DNA from: Candidatus Bathyarchaeota archaeon
GTDB taxonomy: Archaea > Thermoproteota > Bathyarchaeia > Bathyarchaeales > SOJC01
DNA length: 64,000 nucleotides
Assembly (NCBI GenBank): GCA_026014805.1
Contig: JAOZHR010000016.1
Coordinates: 27,283-91,282 of the forward strand
Direction of reading: 5' to 3'
The position numbers and the translations under genes were made by a program. Below, piece by piece: positions 1-8,300 of this stretch (the stretch's first letter is position 1; every line of letters begins with the position of its first letter). Below the pieces are notes generated by a model. That model was not told the origin of the DNA, did no database searches, and saw only the letters and a list, made by a program, of their open reading frames with translations.

Positions 1-50
1 GTACAGCAGTTTCTATTCGTGTGTATGCTCCTTGCGACGAAACACCTAGA

Positions 51-60
51 CCCCCCCCCC
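51..60. repeat. C10 homopolymer tract (G10 on the minus strand)
   Basis: Ten consecutive C at 51-60. The tract lies in non-coding sequence about 50 nt from the window edge. Confidence 0.9.
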
Positions 61-231
61 TCCCTATTTTTTGGTGTATACAATCCTTTGTGGAGGTTTG
101 AACGGTTGAGAATAATGACTGCTCTTCAGTGTGCGCCTGAGCGGGTTTTTCGGGTTGTGTGAGTTTTTCATTTGTGTTGTATGTGTAATTCTCAGATTAA
201 AGGAGGCGTGTGGGAGTTTGCTTTGCTGAGG

Positions 232-500
232 TTATTTGTGAAGGCTTCCTAGTCCTATGGCTGTGAATTCGAGTTTTTCAGCGAAGTCTTGTGGGTTGTA
301 TATTCTTCTTCTGTCGCCTAGGATTTCGAGTTGCCCGGGATTTTGCGGAGTTTTTGGATGAAGTCGTGGATGACGCCGTGTCGGGTTGGGCCTGTGGTGT
401 TGGGAGAGGGAGGATTACGGGTTTTTGTTGAGGTGCTGGCGTTGGCGGAGAGGAGGGCTTCGCCTGCGAGTTTGGATGCGCCGCATAGTGGAGTGGTGTG
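232..500 (-). pseudogene. Decayed middle fragment of an NAD-dependent sugar epimerase (SDR)
   Basis: Hand translation of the minus strand gives ..TTPLCGASKLAGEALLS..TGPTRHGVIHDFIQKLRKIPGN(stop). In another frame it gives QLEILGDRRRIYNPQDF..(stop). This resembles the YxxxK-to-LEILGDG middle of archaeal UDP-glucose 4-epimerase-like proteins. The catalytic Tyr is Cys, and there are stops and frame changes. Confidence 0.5.
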
Positions 501-551
501 AGAGGTGAGTGGTACTAGAAAGCAGAAACGTTGGTTTTTGAGTGTTGTTGT

Positions 552-856
552 TTACTGATATACAGAATGGTGTTTTGGTTTCCACCCTAGGGATTTGAGT
601 TTGCTGATGTCTAGTAGCATGTTTTTGACGTCACCTTTCCAGCCTCTTCCACCGTCCACGCCGCAGTGTAGGTGAGTTTTACGTTGTTTAGGCCCATTTC
701 TTCCGTTACTATTTTGGCCATTTGGGTTACGTTTATCTGATCCTCGGAGCCTACGTTGTAGATTTCAACATGGTTCCTGGCTGTTTTGTAGGCGGTTTCT
801 ATGGCTTCGCGCGCGTCATACTCCAATACTTTAATCCCAAACCCAAACCCGCACAT
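552..856 (-). pseudogene. 3' remnant of an NAD-dependent sugar epimerase, 5'-truncated and frameshifted
   Basis: ORF 611..856 reads ..VEIYNVGSEDQINVTQMAKIVTEEMGLNNVKLTYT. After a 1-nt frame change near 655-665 the sequence continues VDGGRGWKGDVKNMLLDISKLKSLGWKPKHHSVYQ(stop at 552-554). The Rossmann/YxxxK part is missing, and the neighbouring gene's stop codon sits at 858. Confidence 0.7.
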
Positions 857-857
857 T

Positions 858-1418
858 TTATTTTTGGACGATGAATAGTACTTTGAACCTGAAGGGGTTG
901 TAACTGTCGTGTCTTAGGAAGGTGAAGCCCACTTTTGATAGCATCTTTTTAAATGATGATATGGAGTAAAGCCAGTAATGGGGAGTTATTTTGGGGAGTG
1001 GTTTGCGTATGAGAAAGCGGTAGGTTTTTAATTCTGTCTCACGCAAAACGCCTTTGAAGTTGTGTATTGAAAACTTGTTGTTTGCTTGAACGACAGCGAT
1101 TTTGCGTTTTTTTGTCGTGCGCCATATTTCTTGCAATGCGGTTTGTGGTTCTGCGAGGTGCATAAGTGTTTCTATGCAAATGGTGATGTCAAAGGTTTCT
1201 GCTTTGAATGGAAGGTTTTCAGCGTCGGCTATTAAAAGCGAAATGTTGTTGAGGTGATGCTTCGTAACGATGTTTTTGACGAGTTTTACGGTTTTTGGGA
1301 AGATGTCTATGGCTACTACTTCGGCACCTTTCTGTGCTATTGCTATCGAGAAGCGTCCTGCGCCAACGCCGATGTCTAAAACGATGCTATTTTGCCAGTT
1401 GAACTGTTCAAGAATCAT
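858..1418 (-). CDS. Class I SAM-dependent methyltransferase (possibly frameshifted at its 5' end)
   Basis: Motif I VLDIGVGAGRFSIAIAQKGAEVVAIDI begins only 14 aa after the ORF start. The in-frame open sequence upstream has no start codon, and ORF 1408..1611 lies in a different frame. Confidence 0.7.
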   Translation of the reverse strand: MILEQFNWQNSIVLDIGVGAGRFSIAIAQKGAEVVAIDIFPKTVKLVKNIVTKHHLNNISLLIADAENLPFKAETFDITICIETLMHLAEPQTALQEIWRTTKKRKIAVVQANNKFSIHNFKGVLRETELKTYRFLIRKPLPKITPHYWLYSISSFKKMLSKVGFTFLRHDSYNPFRFKVLFIVQK

Positions 1419-1879
1419 TTTTTCGAATTTGGCTTGTTTCGAAAGGTATGTAGTGGGAACCCAGATGCCGAAATGCCCTTCGTGGAAATATTTTTTGGTT
1501 TCTGTTGAAATCTTTTTTCCCTCGATTTATGTTACGCGTGTGGCAAATTAAATTTTCAGTTTTGGTCTCGCGCGCGCATAGACGGAGATTGAAGTCTTGC
1601 TGCAAGTACAAACCTATGGCAGATATGATTGTGGAAGCTGCTAAGCCCCAAAAAGGTTGAATCCGTCCCTAGCTAAGACCCTAGCCATCCTAATTGCTTT
1701 ACTCATCAAAGTCAGAGTTCTCAAATGTGTATAAGCGTAGTTTTCTGAAAGAAATTGTGCGAGACCTGCACTTCAACATTTTAATTATTCTTATTCGGAT
1801 TTTGAGCAGGTTCAGCAATAGCAATTATTGCTCGCAAGGTCAGAGAGAAACAAATGCATGTGCATCAAGTCAAAATTTC

Positions 1880-2920
1880 TCAAATATATTCCCATTCAAT
1901 TACTTCATCGCCTTTGATGTTTTTTCTCGCTATTCTTCCAATTACTAATTCTAAGAATTTAGGAGAAATCCCTGTTCCAGGTCTTTTGAAAGTTAGCATA
2001 TTCCTAGTAATCTCTGCCCCTTTTGGAATGCCTTTCCGGGCAACAATGCTTCTCCGGGCATATTTCCTTGCAGGCAACTCAACATCTAATGGCTTCTTTC
2101 CCTCCTCCCCCAGAATTTTTTCTAACAGCCTCATATTCTCGACTAAGGTTCCCAAGTCATGAAAATCCATTGCATGATAATGATCGTTGTCTTCAAGAGA
2201 TTTGTCAAGAGTGAAATGCTTTTCAAGAACCTTTGCACCCAACAAAGCTGCAGTAGTTAACGTTAGCATGCTTCTATCTGGCAATGTATGATCAGAATAG
2301 CCCACCAAGTAGGTTGGGAAGGCTTTTCTAAGGTGTGTAATCATGTTTAGGTTAGCGTCTTCGTATCTTGTGGGATAACTTAAAACACAATGTAAAATCA
2401 CTATTTGTTCGTTTCCTTCTACCTCTATAGCGTTCAGGGCATCCTCAATCTCCCCAATTGTTGAAGCACCAGTTGATAAAAAAATCGGTTTTTTTTTCCG
2501 GGCAATATGTTTTATAAATGGTGTATTTGTGATGTCTGAAGAAGAAATTTTAAATGCAGGAACGAGTTCATCGAGGAAGTCAACAGCATCAAAATCAAAA
2601 GGTGTAGACATAAAAATTATGTGTTTATCCTTAGCGTATTCAGCGAGTTCACGAAATTCCTCCTCGGCGAACTTGTCATATTTTTTGAAATAGGCATATT
2701 GGCTTCTTTTAGTTTTCCAATAGGCGGGTGAAATCCTCGATGCAATTTTCTCAGCTTTGTATGTTTGGAATTTTATGGCGTCTGCACCTGCAGATGCCGC
2801 TTCATTGATCAATTTCTTGGCGAGTCCCATATCGTTCTCATAATTAACCCCAGCCTCAGCTACGATAAATGGACCACTTCTCTCATCAAGTATTTTATTT
2901 CTGACTTTAATTCGTTTCAA
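1880..2920 (-). CDS. neuB: Nonulosonic acid synthase, NeuB/PseI/LegI family
   Basis: N-terminal signature GPFIVAEAGVNYENDMGLAKKLINEAASAGADAIKFQTY. C-terminal SAF-like segment RRSIVARKGIPKGAEITRNMLTFKRPGTGISP. Confidence 0.85.
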   Translation of the reverse strand: MKRIKVRNKILDERSGPFIVAEAGVNYENDMGLAKKLINEAASAGADAIKFQTYKAEKIASRISPAYWKTKRSQYAYFKKYDKFAEEEFRELAEYAKDKHIIFMSTPFDFDAVDFLDELVPAFKISSSDITNTPFIKHIARKKKPIFLSTGASTIGEIEDALNAIEVEGNEQIVILHCVLSYPTRYEDANLNMITHLRKAFPTYLVGYSDHTLPDRSMLTLTTAALLGAKVLEKHFTLDKSLEDNDHYHAMDFHDLGTLVENMRLLEKILGEEGKKPLDVELPARKYARRSIVARKGIPKGAEITRNMLTFKRPGTGISPKFLELVIGRIARKNIKGDEVIEWEYI

Positions 2921-4583
2921 ATTTTGATTCCCAATATTTGTTAAATATTAGTTTTATGCATCTATCAGTTACTTCTCTAAGGTTAAAGTTTTTCAAAGCT
3001 TCGCTCATCTTTCGACGTAATTCATAATTATTTATTATCCCTCTCAAAGCTAATGCAATGTCTTCTTCAGTGACCCTAGATTCAATTCCAAGATCTAAGA
3101 TTCCTTGGCAAGTGTGTGAAAATAAATGTCTTACTTCCCGCTCGTTTTGCGAGATGGATATGCATGGAACGCCCATTGCTGCCACTTCGTAAATCGTTCG
3201 CCCATTAGAGGTTAATACCAGGTCTGCTTCACTCATGATTTTTGCAATTATTTCCACGTTTTCTTTTACTTCAATATTGGAACCGTTTTTCTTTAAATTG
3301 TTGACATAGGTATATAGTTCATTTTTAAAATTATAGCCTAGACCCAAAATTATCAATAAAGCAATATTTTTTAAACTAAGTGTCTGAATTGCTTTGAGTG
3401 ATCTAAGAGTAAGATTATTTGGATCAGAACCGCCAAAAAGAATTAAGATTTTATTTGCCTCTTGGTTTGTGTCGTTAGGTGGAAATATGTGAAATTCGTC
3501 TCTCAAACATATGTATTTATATCCATAATAGCTGTTCTCTGGCGGTTCAGTTTTCTCATAGAGAGCATTGATAACGAGATCTGCCTGCTTAGAACCTCTA
3601 CCTAAATCCTCAAAATTAACTACAAAAAAAGCTCTTTCTTTCAATTTCGATATATAATCAGCGGGTGTGTCTAAAATATCGTTAATTACAATCTGGGGTG
3701 AAATTTTATCCAACTGCAGAAATACATCACGTTCATTTTCAATCATTATTATTGGGTAATTATACTCAGCTACTTTCTCTATGCCAAGCTTCTTAGTTTT
3801 ATCCATAAGAAAATATATATTCTGGTTGAACATTTGGCTTGCTAATGTTATGGCTCTATAGACATGCCCCAATCCAATGGAGTTATCACCGTCGACTCGA
3901 AAAACCACAGTTATTCTTCGCAACAAATTTTCTGCCACCCACCAATCTTGGTATTTGTCTATATCGATGCTTTCATTGAAGGGAAGTTCAAACAAGTAGA
4001 TATCATTGCCAATTCGATTTTTCTTAGTAATTACGTCTCTCCGCGATATGAATAAGGCCCCAGTCTCTTTGTATATTGGATCTAAAAATTGCCGGTTCCT
4101 CCTTTCTTTAAACAAGGGAAGAAGAATACCGTCCTTTTTCCTCCAATATAGGTGAGTTTCGTTTCTTACAGTAATCAAAGTTTCTCGTTTACTATTTTCA
4201 AATTCGACTATTGCTCTGTCCAAAGTCTCTTCTTTTAGAAGAGGAGAGGTGGGCTGCATCGAAATGATATAATCATACGTTAACCCCTTGTCCTTTTCAA
4301 TATGGGTCAGGGCATGATAAATAACAGGATCTAGAGGAACATCATCTCCAGCAAGTTCTATAGGCCTTTCAACTATGTTTGCACCATAAATTCCCGCTAT
4401 TTGCATGATCTTTTCATCCTCAGTAGAAACTATCACGTCATCGACGTAATTCGAATTCAAGGCTGTCTGTATGCTATAAGCGATTAAAGGTTTACCAGCT
4501 AACAATCGAACATTCTTACGTGGGATGCCCTTTGATCCTCCCCTCGCTGGTATCACTGCCAAGATTCTGTGGCGATTATACAT
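2907..4583 (-). CDS. Fusion protein: CMP-nonulosonate cytidylyltransferase (NeuA/PseF-like) N-domain plus PseG-like UDP-sugar hydrolase (GT28-type) C-domain
   Basis: N-terminal domain: ILAVIPARGGSKGIPRKNVRLLAGKPLIAYSI. C-terminal domain: VVFRVDGDNSIGLGHVYRAITLA, GYKYICLRDEF and ILFGGSDPNNLTL. These parallel the PseG motifs (RSDSSSQIGFGH.., ALIREEF, GGTD..NL). Confidence 0.8.
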   Translation of the reverse strand: MYNRHRILAVIPARGGSKGIPRKNVRLLAGKPLIAYSIQTALNSNYVDDVIVSTEDEKIMQIAGIYGANIVERPIELAGDDVPLDPVIYHALTHIEKDKGLTYDYIISMQPTSPLLKEETLDRAIVEFENSKRETLITVRNETHLYWRKKDGILLPLFKERRNRQFLDPIYKETGALFISRRDVITKKNRIGNDIYLFELPFNESIDIDKYQDWWVAENLLRRITVVFRVDGDNSIGLGHVYRAITLASQMFNQNIYFLMDKTKKLGIEKVAEYNYPIIMIENERDVFLQLDKISPQIVINDILDTPADYISKLKERAFFVVNFEDLGRGSKQADLVINALYEKTEPPENSYYGYKYICLRDEFHIFPPNDTNQEANKILILFGGSDPNNLTLRSLKAIQTLSLKNIALLIILGLGYNFKNELYTYVNNLKKNGSNIEVKENVEIIAKIMSEADLVLTSNGRTIYEVAAMGVPCISISQNEREVRHLFSHTCQGILDLGIESRVTEEDIALALRGIINNYELRRKMSEALKNFNLREVTDRCIKLIFNKYWESKFETN

Positions 4584-4601
4584 ATCCTTACAGCCCCCAG
4601 C

Positions 4602-5324
4602 TTAATCTACGCATACTTTTCTATGCGCCGTCCGGTTGCGCGCACCGTATATGATGTCATCTTCTATATATACTCGAAATCCCTTCTCAATTAGTATGCG
4701 AGCGATTCCAGCAGATGTTTTCAGTCCGTTTCTTTGATGGTATGAAGCAACAACAATTTTGGATGTTCTCCTCAAGGTTTCTTTAGCTCCTTCTAACGCT
4801 TCAATCTCCGCCCCTTCTATGTCCATTTTGATAAAATCAACAAGAGGTAAACGCAAGTTCATTACAATGCTATCCAAGGTGTCTGCGTTCACCGTTATCT
4901 TACAGTTTGTTATGTGAGATTTATTTAACACCTTAACATCTCTAATTAGGCTATGCCCACTCGATGAGAGCCCTAAATACAGAAGCAATTTCCTTCTACA
5001 ATCCCAGACTGCTTTTTCCACAACCAAGACATTGCTCAGTTTTCGCAATCTAATATTATGAAGTAGACATCGCAAATTCTTTGGTTCAGGCTCAATCGCT
5101 ACAACTCTGCTTGCTCTTTTTGCAACCAAAATGGTGAACAAACCAATATGAGCTCCTACATCAATAACCACATCACCCTTCTGAACACGAAAGAACTTTT
5201 CATAATTATGGACTAAGCGAGGTATTTTATAACCCACAAGTTTGTCTTGAATCATGTAGCAATAACTTTTAAACAACTCGAAGGGGGTGTTGAGAGTTTT
5301 GAGTCTTCGTTTTATAGTGGTCAA
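4602..5324 (-). CDS. FkbM-family methyltransferase
   Basis: VIDVGAHIGLFTILVAKRASRVVAIEPEP and DFIKMDIEGAEIEAL. The start may be the internal Met (MIQDKL), because 5269-5324 overlaps the upstream ORF. Confidence 0.8.
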   Translation of the reverse strand: MTTIKRRLKTLNTPFELFKSYCYMIQDKLVGYKIPRLVHNYEKFFRVQKGDVVIDVGAHIGLFTILVAKRASRVVAIEPEPKNLRCLLHNIRLRKLSNVLVVEKAVWDCRRKLLLYLGLSSSGHSLIRDVKVLNKSHITNCKITVNADTLDSIVMNLRLPLVDFIKMDIEGAEIEALEGAKETLRRTSKIVVASYHQRNGLKTSAGIARILIEKGFRVYIEDDIIYGARNRTAHRKVCVD

Positions 5325-8300
5325 TTTCGATGTCTCTTAAAACTCGTTTATAGGGGTGTGCACAATTATTTTTATCTGTTGTTTTCACTGTTTTTCTAGG
5401 TGAGTTTGCCGGGACTGACCACATCGCACTATTCAGAGTCTTTTGGGGTTCCTTCTTTCGTTGTTTGATCGTTCGTTTTTTAAGTCGTTTCTCAGTTCTT
5501 CTTAAATGCAGATTCCAAGACAGCAGAAATATATTAAAAACTATTAACCACGCTATGGGTGAAAAAGTTTCTTTTAGGCTTTCCCATTCATTCCATTTAA
5601 CGGTTGGAGGATTAGTCGTGACAGGACCACTCCAAGTAAAGTTATCTGCGAAAGTGAAGATGTCTGACAAAGACGCATCGAACTCGATTGTACCATTGAT
5701 TTGCACGTCTTGACCGTATATGTCTGAACGTACCATTCTTTTTAACTTCTGAGTCAGTGATAGACCCCATGTATACGTCTCCTTGAACAAAGCTTCTCCA
5801 TCGACTAGGAAGTGCGGCTCCCTCATGTAAAATACGTGATCACCACTTATCGATAATTCTAAGTGTGATCCACAATCAACATTAATGTCGCTTCCATTAG
5901 AAAAACTCAGATAAAGAGTTATGTTGCTTCCTCCTACGGCTACTATTGATTGGTTAGTGCCCATCTGTGGGTAAAATCCCCTTCCTTGAAGTATTTTTAT
6001 GTAGGAACTGCGAATAGTAACATTTTTGCCGCCTTCAATCGAAACCGATGTGACATTTCTAAGCCGCTCATGCGAGTCGTCAGATGTGATGCTCAATGTT
6101 ACAGGATTCATTTCCGATGGAAAGATGATGGAAGAGGATTTAGCTTCAACTATACCCTCTAAAACGGCTTCCTTAAAAATCCATGTGTTGCTGTAAACAA
6201 TCCATTGAGTCTTTCCATTATGTTTAGGAAGATCTAGACCGATAGTATCTAATAGGTTTTGAAAAACAGAAAAAAACTTTTGGCCAGAAACTTCGTTCGA
6301 AAGTAACGTTTCAATCAATGGATAAATATTCACATAGATAATCTCTTTTCCATTAATGGGTGTTTTGGCTGCAAGTGGAATCAATCCTTCATCTGATATA
6401 TACCAACTCAGCGCTTCAACACCTTGGTTTACATCTAATGGAGTAACTTCAATATCAGCTGGCAGCGTTAACTCCAAATTTCTCCCAATGATTTTTGATG
6501 CGTTTACTTTCTTAATGGGAAATTCAAACTTCAATCTTACCTGAGATAATCCAGAAGACTTTGAGTCTCTACCATCTTCAGGAGGCATTTTCAGCAATAT
6601 ATTGATTCGGTAGGAGCTACCACTTCTTTCCGCAGTTACCATTCCTGCACTCGAGTTGTAGAATAGGTCGCTTCTTACGCCATCAATAGAATACACTGTA
6701 TCTATCAAGGCTTTCCCTGAGCCATTAGGTAATGTGATCGGTACATAAGCGGAACCATTGAAAATGAATAATTTTGCATCGTATTCATCATCTAAGTTGC
6801 CACATATTATTGCTTCAATGTTGGACCACCTACCCACGTCAAACTCAATCTCGTCTAGATACCATATTCCAGAGCTCGCGCAACTCTCTGTTATTCCGAT
6901 TAGTATTCTCGTGATCTTGCTCCATTGCGGATTGCCACTAAGACTTTTTGCAAACGTTAGATTGCTCATGACATATTCTCCAAAAGGGATTTTCATCGGC
7001 AAGATTACTTTTTTCCAGCCTTTCCAGCTATCTTTGAAAACGTACCAATAATAACCTTCGTCGGATAAGGCTTGAAAATAATAGTTCTTTCCATCACCAT
7101 ACCCATACCAATTGAAGATAAAGAAGTCATATGTGGACCAATTTTGAGGTGTACTGTAGACGTGTTCTATCGCCCACTTTTTATATGGTCCGTCTGCCAC
7201 ACCAATCTTCAACCCGTTGAGACCTTTGGCTTTGATGGATAAACTATCTGTCAGTTGCGGAGTGTCTACACCGCCATGCTCGTCCGCAGACCCGTGTACA
7301 TAAGGATTCCAGAACATGGATTGATTGTCGCCAACCATTGTAAAAGAGTGATCTGCATCATTATCAATAATGAACTCAACACTGCCATCTATGTTGGAAA
7401 CATTGAATTTTGTTAACGCTGTTGAGTAGTCATGAATTTGATGCAAGTATGAATCAGTTGAATTGTTCGTTAATGATATCTCGTTTACTGAATTAAACAG
7501 AGTGTTTGCTATTTGGTTATGATCATCCATATTAAGAATGATAATTTTCTCTACTGGGTTGTTCTCTAAGAAGTTTAGGATACCATCTATTGATTTCGTT
7601 TCCCACGCATTAGAAGGAACTATGATTATTTTGCTGTCTATACTTCTATCCGAATCAAGTAACACAGTGTAGTTGTATCGACCTGAGAATAACATATCAT
7701 AAGCAAAATAATAGTTGTCCGTTGTAGGGGTAGTAGGGATAATAAGAGTAACGTCACTTTTTGAGACTGGAGGGGCGCCTTCCATTCTGTAAATCTTCAC
7801 CTCAGAATTATTGTAGACTACTGTGGAATACTTAAGCAAGTGCTGAGCAAGATATCCGTTAGCATATTTCCTTTGCAGAATTTCAAGGTCTCTCTCGTGC
7901 ATATATACATATGATGGCAGAAATTCTGGATGATACAAAATTGTTAACGTTTCTTCAGGATACTTCGCGTCAAATAAAGAGTTCAGTTTAGGAGGAGAAT
8001 AGATCGTTGTCAAATCCAAATGGTCTATTGAGCCACCAGGAGCTGCATAAACAAAAGTAGGATGTTGCCTTGAACCTTGTGGATGCTCTTCAACAAGATA
8101 ATTCAAGGCACCCATTTCTTCTTCATCTAAGATCCAGCCAGATTCACTATTGACGTTTGCACGATATTTCCAATACTCCATAGTTAGAAAGGTCGAAGTA
8201 ATCCCGCTAATCGTTATGAGCCCAAGCAAAAATACAGAACAAATGATTTTCATGTTCCTAAAGTACATTAGCCTCTTTACTTTAGGTGACGAAACTCGAT

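Noticed and set aside
51-60. C10 tract as a phase-variation switch
   Set aside because: It is not inside or immediately upstream of an intact gene, and it sits 50 nt from the contig or window edge. A low-complexity assembly end or neutral decay is the more likely explanation.
1694-2214. Plus-strand ORFs 1694..1948, 1854..2162 and 2023..2214
   Set aside because: They overlap the 3' end of the NeuB-family gene in antisense or sit in its downstream spacer. They have no motifs and a low-complexity sequence.
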